A stretch of DNA of 64,000 bases from Chrysomallon squamiferum (lineage: Eukaryota > Animalia > Mollusca), in contig CM022670.1 of the NCBI GenBank assembly GCA_012295275.1, positions 3,410,001-3,474,000 on the forward strand, written 5' to 3'. Below are positions 27,418 through 40,400 of this stretch, in pieces (the first letter of the stretch is position 1; each line of letters starts with the position of its first letter). Made by a program: the position numbers and the translations under genes. Below the pieces are notes generated by a model, which was not told the origin of the DNA, did not search any database, and saw only the letters and a program-made list of their open reading frames with translations.

Positions 27418-27985
27418 TTATTTACTGAATATATTGATAAAAATGAAATCTCTAAAAATAAAAATAATACTTACAATAAGAAGAGATTATGGACGGAAAG
27501 AAAAGGTTGACTTTTATAGTAATAAAATTATAGCTAACAAAATAAAATCACAAATACTGAATAAATGTAATTCTATGATATTAAATATAGTTAGGTATAA
27601 ATTATATAGAAATTAAAATATAAATGTTCAAAATATAAGTTTTAGGTACTCAGGTACTCTATATAACTATCATTACACATAGTTCAGAATATTACAAGTA
27701 AATAAGGTATTTCGTTTACAAATAAATTTTACATATGTGTATATGTGCATATCTATATGTATGTAAGTGTGTATGTGATAACACTGAATGAATATAAATT
27801 AACTGTAAAATTAGCAAACAACTGAAATGAACAAAAATATCACAGCTTTAAGTACAACATTATTGTGACTTTCTTGATAATCTCTAACTATATATGTAAA
27901 GAAGACTTACTACAGTAAAGAAGAGTTCAATATAAATGATTGGTCTTCGTCATGAACTGTGGTAAAAAAAATTGCTGAAACAAAT
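27418..27985 (+). repeat. About 570-bp direct repeat, copy 1
   Basis: Aligns by eye with 31984-32556. Confidence 0.88.
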
Positions 27986-28963
27986 ACGTTATCAAAGAAC
28001 AGACGCGGATACGTAGATTGAGAACAAGTGAAATAAATTTCAATGAGACCGTTTCGTGATGAGTCCTATCAGCGGCTGGGATATCTCCAGTAAATCCGCA
28101 AGTATTTAAATCTGTTGAAGAAATCACGCCACTTTCAAAGCTCGAAGATACTCAGGCTCATCAGTGAATAGAAACTAGGTCAGTTTGTGTGTTGTTTTCT
28201 TCACCCTCCCCACCTTCTTTGTTTCTTATTGTCTTCTAGAGACTTTTACATCGTAAAGAATGATTTATATTTCAGAAATAAGGTCGATCTTCAGATTTAT
28301 CATGCATTTCATTGTTACTGTTCAAATTTTTTAACCTGTATGCTTCGCGTGCTTATTTATTGTTTATTTATTTACATGCGATATCTATATATATATACCA
28401 GTATTCCCCAGCCGAGGTTCTACGGAAACCTGTGGTATCGATGAGCCTGTTCAGATTAATCGGTAGAGATGTACAAAAACAAAAATATATCAACACGTTA
28501 CTTTATTAACGAAGATTCAATGTTACGCGATATTTGAAAAATACTACAAGGGTTGGCCTCGATTAATGAAGAAAGAACATCTTTATTTTATCTTTGTTAA
28601 AGAATGGCAATGTGCAGGACGGAAATTCCCTGTCCCTTTACAAAAATAAAATAAAGTGGTTCTTTTTACCTTATCCAAGACAGACAAGAACTCTTCATTT
28701 CACTCTAATAATCCAAAAGTGTTAAATATATTAGACAAAGCAGCCTATCCATGAAAAATGATACTTTCATCCACCTGTGATGGTAATTTGGGTCAGTTTG
28801 ATTTATCTTTCGATTAACGCCGAGATCTATTCGTTTTTCTATACATAATTCTTTTCTTTTACTTCGCAAGTCGGTTAATTTTTTTCATTTACCGTCTTCA
28901 CATACATTACTCCTGTAAGATGTGTACAAATTCTGTGTTGTTCATGTGTACCATTCTATTCAG

Positions 28964-29115
28964 CATGGGCGTACGACCTAGGGGGAAGGGGACACAGGGA
29001 GGCCCAAATTCAGTAACAAAGAATGGGGAGAATTTGTGCAAAGCGAGAAACTGGTAGCCTATTTAAAAATCAGCCCCTCTTTTTACCTTAATCAAAGTGA
29101 TGCCATAAACCCATG
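28964..29115. mobile_element. 152-bp hAT-type MITE
   Basis: Termini CATGGGCGTA and TAAACCCATG with a perfect 8-bp TSD CTATTCAG (28956-28963, 29116-29123). Confidence 0.75.
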
Positions 29116-30145
29116 CTATTCAGATTCTAATTAATGTCAAAAACGTTTACTGCTAATAAATAAAAAAGAAAGAATTAAAGAAAACAACAACAAAAATATA
29201 AATTAAAATAAACAAATAAATAAATAAACAGAATATATATCGTTTATACTGAAGGTATTCTTTTTTGGTTTTAATTCATGACAGTGATTTTGACCTGAGT
29301 CAGAATCCAAAGTCTCAGAATCATCAAAATAATTCGTTTCTTTTCTTAAGTTGTCGAAAATCGTTACATTTGTAGAAGAAATATTAAATAATCATTCAAC
29401 TGCAGCTTGTATTTATTTCTAGTATGATTTATACTGCTGGTGTAAGCGAGGGACGAAAGTTACTTAGTATAATTAAACAGAAGAGAACCATATTAATAAA
29501 ATTCTTTTTCGAATTTATCATTACTTTAAAAAGAAACATTAAAAATCGTTTACATAACTAAACTGAATGTATATTTAAATATATCGGGTATGAATAACTG
29601 ATGCATTCGTTAGTATCTAAGGATGTTCATTTTTCGTATATCAGTAGAGATAATAGCCTGACACCAATTTATCCAAGCGTTTTTGCTTAGTCATTGAGGA
29701 ATGCCATTAGCTCCAGCTGTACTCAAAACTTGCGACATCGGATCATCTGGACAATTAATGACCAATCATATCGTTTGTTAGACTATGACTTATTAAGGGT
29801 AATGAGCCATGTAACGAGTGTTTTTATACACCTTTACTGTGATCCGTTAGCGAATAAAATGCGACCTTTTAAAGATGTTCTGCGCCCCTGCACTTTATGA
29901 CGGGTATTCTTAATTCCAGTGGGAGTTTTTATTACACTTACAAACAAAACAAGAGAAACTGCACCAGGTAATAATACTGTACTTTATCCTCACAAATTAA
30001 TGACCTTGTTAAAATAAAAGAAAAGGTAAGAAACCGAATAACCTTTTTGTTATCGTTCACGTCTTCTTTTTCATTTTGTTTTCTTAAATTTTTTTTTTCC
30101 ATATTATTTATTAATTTATTATTATTATTATATTATTATTATTAA

Positions 30146-30185
<40 letters not shown>

Positions 30186-30249
30186 TCACGTCTTCTTTTA
30201 CATTTTGTTTTCTTACATTTTTTGTTCCATATTATTTATTAATTTATTG

Positions 30250-30301
<52 letters not shown>

Positions 30302-31983
30302 TCATTACGAATGTCGTCACAACGTTTTTCATATTTAAAATAAATAAATAATGAAAATAGTGCTTAAATATAAACTGGAATAACTGCTGTTCACTACATG
30401 TTTAAAGGAAATCTTTAAAAAGAAATCCATGAGAGAGAGACAGAAAAAAAAAAAAAAAAAGGGGAGGGCTTTAATCTTAAGAGGCTGTTTATCAGTGTTC
30501 ACATTTGTAAGATACTTCTTACATAGAACAAACCACCCTCAGAATACATTAAAAACAATACGTTACAGTGTATGATCACACCACCGAGTGTCTTTATCAT
30601 ATTAGTTTCAACTACAACCACGTTAACACAATCCAACACTTAGGCACCGAGATCAAATCTAATGGATGTCAAGAAAACTCAAAAATAAGACCCTATTCTA
30701 CATTGTACGTATATATTTATCGTTTTATTTGAATTGACAATGCGATGGCAAAACAAAACCAAAAAACCCCCACAAAACACAAAAAAACCCCACAAAAAAC
30801 AACAATCTTATCTTCATTGAAGCGTTTACAGAAAAGACATTCCAACAATGTTTTCGAGCCTTATCTGCGAGTTTCTACACAATTCCACGAGAGAGAACTC
30901 GACAGCGGTAACATGAAGCAAGATAGCTGAATATCGTGTTACAAGAAGCAGATATTTCAAATAAATACACATTGTTATCTTGTTTAATAGGTGATAGCTG
31001 TTTTAATGATAAAGCATGGGTTTAACGCTTTACTTATTTGTCCATATATAATTATTTACTAATAATCTGTTCAATTTTCCGTTTAAAATCAATTTCTCTT
31101 TACACTGCTGTTCTTTAGTTGTGAAAGCTATTTTAATTTAGTGTGGTTCTTAACATAATGAAGACGGTCAAAATTTCTTCCTGTCATAATTTCATCGATA
31201 ATCCATGACAAGAAAATGTAATTTATGAAAAATTACGGATTTTATTATGTTCCTAGCACAAAAAGTGTTTACAGTTATATAAATAAATAAATAAATAAAT
31301 AATCAAACACACAAATAAAATGTTAATAAATAAATATACTTAAATTTGTAAGTATTTTTAAAATATATATATGATGAGTAAACAATCAGATTTAGAAGCA
31401 TAATGTCTGCAAGAAAAAAAAATCAAATTCAGTTAATTTACGTTATAATTTGAAACAAAATAAATACAAGTAAATAAGTAATTTAAAAAATAATAATAAT
31501 ATGTTTAAACATTTTTTAAATAATTTCAATGTGTGAAAATTGCTATCTGTTTTTACTTGACAATTACAGAAAATAGTACATTTAAATACGCATTAAAATA
31601 CAGACATATATTTAATATCATTTATTTTATAGTCAATAGTGATTCACTCTTTCTGCGAGATTATTTTGATAAAAATTAACAGCACTGTGAAATACGGACA
31701 TTTATGTTTCTTTTATCTATTTTTTTGTTTCATTTATTTTTCTATTTGATTACTTGGTTTCTAAATTTAAGTATTTACGTTTTGGGTTTTTTATTTACTT
31801 CTTTATTAATTTGTTTCATTATTTGATGTTTATTTAATTTTAATTCTTTATATATTTATAATTATGGCAGTGTAAAACGAAAACAACTCCAGCAAATGAT
31901 TATTGCTAATGGCAAAGTGAAGTTTATATATATATATAACTTATTTTTTTCTGTGAAAGTCATTAATAATAATATAATCTAAT

Positions 31984-32556
31984 TATTTACTGAATATATG
32001 ATAAAAATAAACTCTCTAAAAATAAAAATAATACTTACAATAGGAAAAGATCATGGACGGAAACAAAAGGTTGAGATTAAAAAAATAAAATTATAGCTAA
32101 CAAAATAAAATCACAAATACTGAATAAATGTAATTCTATGATATTAAATGTATTAAAGAAAAATTTAATATACAAGTAGTTAGGTATAAATTATATAGAA
32201 ATTAAAATATAAATGTTCAAAATATAAGTTTTAGTTACTCAGGTTCTCTATATAACTATCATTACACGTAATTCAGAATATTACAGGTAAATAAGATATT
32301 TCATTTACAAATAAATTTTACATATGTGTATATGTGAGTATGCGTGTGTGTATGTGATAATACTGAATGAATATAAATTAACTGTAAAATTAGCAAACAA
32401 CTGAAATGAACAAAAATATCACAGCTTTAAGTACAACATTATAATGACTTTCTTGATAATCTGTAACTATATATGTAAAGAAGACGTACTACAGAGTTCA
32501 GTATAAATGATTGTTCTTCGTCATGAACTGTGGTCCAAAAAATTGGTGAAACAAAT
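31984..32556 (+). repeat. About 570-bp direct repeat, copy 2
   Basis: Aligns by eye with 27418-27985. Confidence 0.88.
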
Positions 32557-32629
32557 TATTAAATTAGGAAATAAAAACATATCAAGCAGTTTAAAATAAC
32601 AAACTTAACATTAAAATCAGCAACAACAA

Positions 32630-32844
32630 CAGTTAGGATGCTTTTTTCGAAATTCTTGGGACTGGAATTGCTTCAAATTTCAGGATTTTTCCTATTTTTA
32701 AATGTATATATATATATCATTTTTTATAATTTGCTTTATGAAATAAAGTTTGTGTATGCAAAACAATCTGAGAACTGTAAAATATCGCCATTTCAGTGGC
32801 TCAGAAAACCTTACAGTTTTCAGAAAAAAGATCTACAACTTGTA
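32630..32844. mobile_element. Degenerate pogo/Tigger-like MITE
   Basis: 5' CAGTTAGGATGCTTTTTTCGAAATTCTTGGGAC and 3' TTTTCAGAAAAAAGATCTACAACTTGTA resemble Tigger4/MER46-type termini (recalled, not searched). Confidence 0.3.
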
Positions 32845-32879
32845 ACACCATTAAAAATTTAGTGTGGAATAAATAAATA

Positions 32880-33430
32880 TTGATATCATAAAACTTATAC
32901 AATATTAATTTTAGCAGTAATATTATTCAACTCATACTAGATAACATCCATTAACAATTATTACAGTAGAATTGGTGGTTAGAACTGGAAATCTAATATT
33001 ATGATGAGGATTAATACATAAATCTGACATTATCATTTTGCAGTCAAAAATATAAATCTAACATTAACATAAATTGGGGTTAATATTATTCACATTAGTA
33101 AGAACATATTACCACAGAATTTTAGAAGTTACATTTATAAATCCAATATTAACAGTATCACAATATATTAATATATGTTAATTAGAGTTAAATTTATAAA
33201 TGTGACATTAACATACATTTAAACAAAAAGAACATTCTAGAATTATTTGACATTAATATCTATTTTTACAAACATAAATGTCACATTAAAAAATTTGAAA
33301 TTTATAAATCTGACATTAAAATACTGCATAACGTTCTAGGAGATAAAATTTAAAATTTGACATTAACATATTATTATAATCGTATTTAATATATTTTAAC
33401 TGAAATTAAACAGTAAATCTAACATATTGT
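32880..33430. repeat. Degenerate tandem repeat with AAATCTGACATTAACA core
   Basis: Core recurs at roughly 40-80 bp spacing. Confidence 0.55.
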
Positions 33431-33523
33431 AAAATATTTCTCATGTAAACATTTTAAACCAGAGATGCATTTTACAAAATACAAGTATGTTACCCTGAAA
33501 CTGAATACATAAATAACTTGCAC

Positions 33524-33845
33524 TTAACAAGTACACAACTAAACTGTTACATAAGGCATAGATATTGTTTAGTTTTTGTTTTTGTTAATCCTATAATCCA
33601 TTAATCTGCTTATTCAACTCAAATTTTGGACTATGTTCTACAGAAAGTATGATCAATATATATTATGTAAATAATTTAATACTATGAAATGTCCCATTAA
33701 ACTAAATAATAGTTTTTTTGTTTGTTTGTTTTTTGTTTTGCTTTGTTTTTTAAAATCTTGTATGGATTTTAAGAATGTAATTTTGTATATAATTAAAAAC
33801 GTAATCAAAAAAAAAAAAAAAAAAAAACATTTTTTAAAATAAAAT
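33524..33845 (+). repeat. Diverged direct copy of 26747-27062 (and inverted copy of about 795-1112)
   Basis: Shared blocks such as TTTTTGTTAATCCTATAAT.CATTAATCTGCTTATT and CCCATTAAACTAAATAAT. Confidence 0.8.
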
Positions 33846-35182
33846 TGTACTTTTGGTTTTAAATGAATAAACAGATAGATAGATTAGTATAGATATAGAT
33901 ATTTCAAGTATGAATGTCATTTTTAATGTTATTAATAATATTTTAACCTTAATTAACACATTAAAGTAATACACACAAATAAATAGAAGAGAGTATGGCA
34001 CCATGTAAAAACATACAAAATATTAAAACCATTCATGAATATGAATATAAAATGACTACATCCATCTGTTAATCCAGATTTTAAGAGTTTAATAAAACTA
34101 TACAAACAAAATATTAATTATTATAAATACAATTATTTATCACAGTTAACATGCTGTGTGGTCAACTTGGTATTCAAATTTAAAAACTGACATGTATAAA
34201 CTGAAAATGATAATCAGGATGGATGTAGAAACCAGAAAACAGTATCAACAGAATAAACTTGACATTTTTAAAAATATACATATCTTTTTTCTTCCTTTTT
34301 CTTTTTTTAAATTTGAAATATATTTTTTGTAAAGATGAAACAAGAAAAATGTTTTGTATTTTTTTTAATTTTGTTTTTATAAACTTTGATGTACGTATTA
34401 AGTGATGTTTGAAATTATTGTTCAATGTAAATAAATGATATATAAACATAACACTAATCTTTCGTTTTTTAAAAATCCAAAAGAAAAACCATATTCAATA
34501 ATAAGGTATTTATAGTTGTCTCCCTTATCTAGAAACAAAATTTATAAAGAGACTCTTTAAAAAATATTTTTATTGCAGAAACAAAACCTGAAAATACTTA
34601 TCTATCAAAACAGTTCAATAATTTAAAATAGTTCTGTTTTAGCAAATATTGATTTACAATCTTCATGTGTAAATCTTCTATAACAATTTTCTTTTTTCTT
34701 TTTCTAAATCTTTTACTGATGGGATCATTTTAAAAATATTTTATTTTATGACATGAATAAATGTAACTTATTCATGTTTAGATTACAAGCCATAAATATA
34801 AAAAAAATAGCAACCATATTAAATAAACCAATAAACCAGAATAAATTAATGTATTACATATTACATGAAACAATTTTTAGTTTCATTTATAATTCTGAAA
34901 ATTACATTGGAATCTGAACAATTATTAAGGCACAATAAGTTATAAAAATATCAAAATAAAAAAAGTGTAAAACTGAGATATTTCAGTTGAGCAATTAGTA
35001 AAAAATTGTTATAAATTGTATAATTATAAATAAAAACAAATAAAATATAAAATAACATAAAACAAAATGGAAGAAGAAAACTAAAGAAAAATCAACAATA
35101 ATGTAAATAGTATAAAATAAGAAGCACATTAATTAAAATAAAAGTTAAATTTGTTCAGAATACCAAAATTCTATGCTATAAC

Positions 35183-35237
<55 letters not shown>

Positions 35238-36562
35238 TGAATGAATGAATTAATGAATTAATTATAAAAAAATAAGAGTAAAATTTAAAAATATAAAATT
35301 TTATTCTAATAAACACCTTTATTAATAAATGTAAATTTGTTCCCATCTTTTTAAACATATTTGTTTTATTTCTTAATGAAAACATTTCAGTAAATAAACA
35401 GTAACAAACAAAAATGATAAATTAAAAAAATAAAACTGTCTCTGAAAACCTAAAATATTTTAATAATAATAAATGACAAAAATTTAACTTTATTGTTAAT
35501 TTATTACAGATAATAATATACTGTTATGTTTCAGTGATTGCAAAATATAAATCCTTTTGCAAGACAAAAATTAGAACTTAACATTACAAAATATTTGATA
35601 CACAATTTATATGACATGATGCTATCATGTTAAAATGTATTATGCTGTGATAGGCTAAATAAATAAATACTATTAATAATCATAATCACTGTAAGTTTAA
35701 GAAACCAATTTCATGTATTAGTTAAATTTCATGATTAAAAAAAAATACTTATATATTTAATGATTTTTAGAAAAGATATTTATAAAACTCCATTTTCTTA
35801 CAATATAAGCAAGTAATAAATATTACTTTGTTTTTCAATTAAAAGTCAAAATAAAATAAAAATAAAAAATGGCTAAAACTTCTTTCTTCAACATTAATAA
35901 AAAGGACAAAGAGTCAATACCTGTCAGTTTGGTAAAACATTTTTGTACACAATTTTTACCTCCTTATGTCATAAAATCTGATAAAATGTCTTATATGTTT
36001 CAGTCAAGAACACAATAATTATTAAAAATAGTCATCAGTTTACAATTTTGTTATAAAAATCTATTGATGAAACATTAACTATAAGAATATCGTCTGTTAT
36101 AAACAGAAGTAATATAATTAGTGAGTTTGTTTTCCAATTAAAAGTCTACTGCAGATAATTCTTCTTTCCTTCTTTCTTTGTTGTTGCTTTCTTTCATTTT
36201 TCGTTTCTTTGTTTTTGTTTTATTTTCTTTCACAATTTACACCATTATTCTTTAAGTTTATAAAAAAAATGTATTATATTTTGCTATTCTTCATTGCTTT
36301 CTTTTTTATTTGTTTTCTTATATTTATTCTTATATTTTTTGAAATTTGTTTTCTTTGTTGGTGTTATCTTTCTTAATTCCTTTTTCTTTTTTCTTTTCCT
36401 GTTTATGAATTTTTTTTTTTTTTTTTTTTTTTGTCTTTTTCTTTTCAGTTTTTTCTCTTTTTTCTTGCTTTTCTCTTCTAATTTTAACATTAATGAGACA
36501 GATGTTTGGCTGTAATATCATTAAAAGGTGGGGGAACTGTAGAATCAGATGTTTGACTTTTG

Positions 36563-36593
36563 TCAAAGATTTGTCTGATAATTTTCTGATTTC
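36563..36593 (-). CDS. Anoctamin copy C terminal coding exon 21
   Basis: TTTCAG acceptor, (W)KSENYQTNL-TGA. Confidence 0.6.
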
Positions 36594-37380
36594 CTGAAAT
36601 AAAACATAATTTATTAACTCAATCTAGAGTTACAGTAACAATTTTTTTTTTTTTTTTTTTTTTTTCTGAATGGGTTTTAGTTTAATTTATTTGTTAGCAT
36701 TACCAACTGAAAATTAAATGATAATTTATAATATTTAAATTATTTTATCCAATGGAATTACAGAATTTATATATGTATGAGAATGTAGATTCATATACAG
36801 AAACACGCACACACACACATATGCAAACAGAAACACACATACACAAAGATAACATAAATAAATAAATAAATAATGCACACAGTCATATAAACAGATAAAC
36901 ATAAATATATATATATATGCAGACACATGCAAAAAGCAGAAATGTATACAAAGGTGTATATAAATATTTTAATGAATTATATTTCTCATCGTTTTTACTA
37001 TTTGAAACCATAACAAAAACAAATACTTTACTGATAAGTAAAATTGGTTTTAATTAACCTCACATGAAAGCCAACTAAATAGATGCTGCATAAGCAACAA
37101 TTAATGCACACAGACAATTGTCAGTGCTAACTTAATTTCATGTATAAAATAAGCAAAGCTGCTGGAATAAATAAAAATAAAATAAAAGCCAATAGGATAA
37201 TAACATAAAGTGATATGGTATAATTAAAATCTTAACAAAAGAGTTTTAAAATATTATTCTATATATGATTTGCATAACACCAAATAACTGTTTTATCTGT
37301 CTAATGACAACAACCTTTTGTAACAATAAACAACAGAAATAAAATAACATGAAAAAATTCAGAAGCTGTAAGTTGAGTAG

Positions 37381-37462
<82 letters not shown>

Positions 37463-40400
37463 AATGTATCTAATCAGTTTGTGTCATTTCTGTCAAAAGC
37501 ACACAGCAGTGAAAGGGTTAAAACAAAAGAATTATGTAAGTACCATATTATGTAAAGCATATACACTTTAAAAAGCTCACCAGTCTGTGTCATGATATTT
37601 GTGGATGTCCATGTAACGACCTGATCCTACAAACATCGACATCATAACCAACATCAGCATCAGTGTCATTATAAACTTCAACAGTAATACCATTGTAATT
37701 TGAAAATATTAACTGTAGTAATAATAATAATAATAATAATAACAATAACAGTAACAATAACAACAGTCACTGGCTCGTAAGATGTAAAACAAACTAACCA
37801 CTAGGATGTGGCTGCATCTCAACTTTGTCTCTGTCAGAATCGATGTCACTCATACTCTTCCTGAACAGGTTGCTGCCATGAGGATGAACAGCAATTTGCT
37901 GATAAGTCATGACTATGTATACTACACATTACATATAGTAAGTAACACATACAAACACATTACAAAATGGAGAAATAGCAGAAGAAACTTAAAAAGTCAT
38001 AAATATATTTAGAATGCACTTAAGAAGTAAACTCTAAAATAATGCAATATGTATTTTTCTATAAACCAGTTTAAAAACATACTTTATGAAAAATAGCACC
38101 TTATGAATAATTATAGATTATAAAATATAAATTTTAAAAAGAAAGATTAATTAACAATATGAAGCCAAAGAAGCATATATAAAGCAGAAGAAAATTTGAA
38201 AATCAACAGAAATGTATTAGCATGCATTAAAATAGAATGTGTGCATGTATGTCTGTGTTTCTGTATGTGTGTCTTTATGTGTGTGTGCGTGTAAAGAATT
38301 ATTAAATTCTGAGATAATCTTGCAATCAATCTCTGTTATATTTACATACTCTGAAAGTTCAAGCACAAATGTTGTGGGTCTGCACTATTAGAAAATTTGT
38401 TTAAATTGTATCTTTGATGATAGAAAAATAAATACAGTAAAATAGTTTGAATATGGTCTGTACACTTTTTTATGTTTTATTTGTTTTTGTTTTTTCCTAT
38501 TTGTTTTTTTTTTCTTTTTTTTTCTGGTTTGAATTTCACTTTTTTCCGGGGGGGTTAGAGTTGTGGGGCAAAAAGTAAAAAAATATCAGTGCACTACCAG
38601 TTTCTGTAGCTGTGATATAACATGTAAAAAATTTAATGTCAGAGAGAGAGACGGGGAGAAAAAATTATTATTATATATATGGGTCATTCCGTGTCAAATC
38701 ACCCAAAAAAAAAAGAAATTTAAACCCGACCGTCTCAGATTTTTATGAAACTTGGTATACTTGTTGACTGGGATCCCACAGCACCAAATCTGAAATGTTA
38801 GCTCAATCAGACCAGTGGTGTGGGAGATACGGCCCACCGAATTTTGAGATTTTTGCCAAAAATGGGTGTGACCACCAACCTTAGAACCCTCATATCTCAG
38901 GAACTACTGGGCCAATCTTCATAAAATTGGTATTGTTAGAAAGGCAAAATGACAAGGATACCAAATCTGCCATTTTTGTTTAGTTTGGAAAATATTGGAG
39001 TACCTTGACCTTTTGACCTTTGCTATGACCTTGAAATTGACCGTGTGGATCACGTGATCTTGAGATAACCTTTATTGAAATGTAATCTCCCACATGTTAA
39101 CTAAAACATATAAAAGTTTCCTGGGTGTAATATTTTTTGTTTAGCCACAATATAGATTTAAAAAATGCACATACATGAAAATAACACCTTTTCAGCCATT
39201 AACATCTGATTAACTAAAACCTGAATGATCAATTCTGGATGCTAGGGATCACCATCTTTCTTGATCATCGAGTAAGACATTGTAGGCCTACATGTATGCA
39301 TAAAGTTCACATAAATTTGAGAGAACTAGGTGTTTCTGATGCTTAACCTTCTCACTATGTTTGTTTCAAATGCTCACTGTATCCTTCATTCCCAGACACA
39401 TTCTACTGTTCTCATCACTTTCATAAAATTGGATTATTTCCTCCTTCAATTCATTGTCCTTTCAATGGTAAAGGGTGACAAAATCAAGATTTGCACACGC
39501 TCTGGGTAGGATTCAGAATTAACATGTCATTTTAATGTTACTGTAGCTGATGCTAGTTTTTTTCTGTCCTTTCATTCATTTACTGGAATGTGCTAGAGAA
39601 TGGAGTTTGACAGGAGTTTCGCCTAAACTCGACAGAATAGAATTCAAATCAAAGTCCTTTTCTGGGGAAACAACAACCAGCGGTTTGTCTGGCAAGTTAT
39701 CACCAAATTCTCCCATTGTAATACCACCATCCTAAAGCCATCCTCTGCAGGACCTTTGATTTCTGAAGGGTGATCTGACAGTCACAGCACAACTTGTCTC
39801 CTGGCACTAGTGTCTTTGGAGGATTTACTAAGCATTTGTAAGTGCCCATGCTAACAATTCTTAAAGATCTAGTGCGTGCTTGCTCAGGGTGGTGATTAAG
39901 GGGATCACAACAGTTTTTCTGCAATGTTGAAAATTTGATTAAAAGTTCTTGTTCGTGATACTCTTGATATCCCGTGTTTTGATCCCACTTCAAAGAGTGA
40001 GGAGTTCGACTTCCTCAGTTTTCCATACACTTCGCAACAACTCCTTTTTGATATGATGGTGTTGATAACACACATTTTCAGGAGAGTTAAAGCTGCAGTT
40101 AGCCCTGGACGAAATAAGGATTTTCAGTATTGGCCTGCACCTTCAATTCAATAGAACAAAGTCAGTGCTTTCCTAAATATTAAATTAAATCCTGAAACCC
40201 TTTCAGTAAAGTTAAGCAGGTCATAAAATGGCAGCAGAGTACATGTGTTATTGCCAAAGGCCCACAAGTCTTGGGCATTTATGTCAATCTTCTCAAGTAT
40301 AAATCACAGTTTATTAAGGTGAAGTAGACCTTGTTCATACTCTGTGCCGAAGACTGGGTGTACAAATACATTATGCAGTACATCACTTGATGACGTTTGA

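Noticed and set aside
29640-29960. CpG-containing segment with CCAAT motifs as a promoter
   Set aside because: No linked downstream exon identified; the motifs are too short to be evidence
27418-32556. Possible LTR retrotransposon bounded by the 570-bp direct repeats
   Set aside because: No TG...CA termini, PBS, PPT, TSD or gag/pol remnants seen
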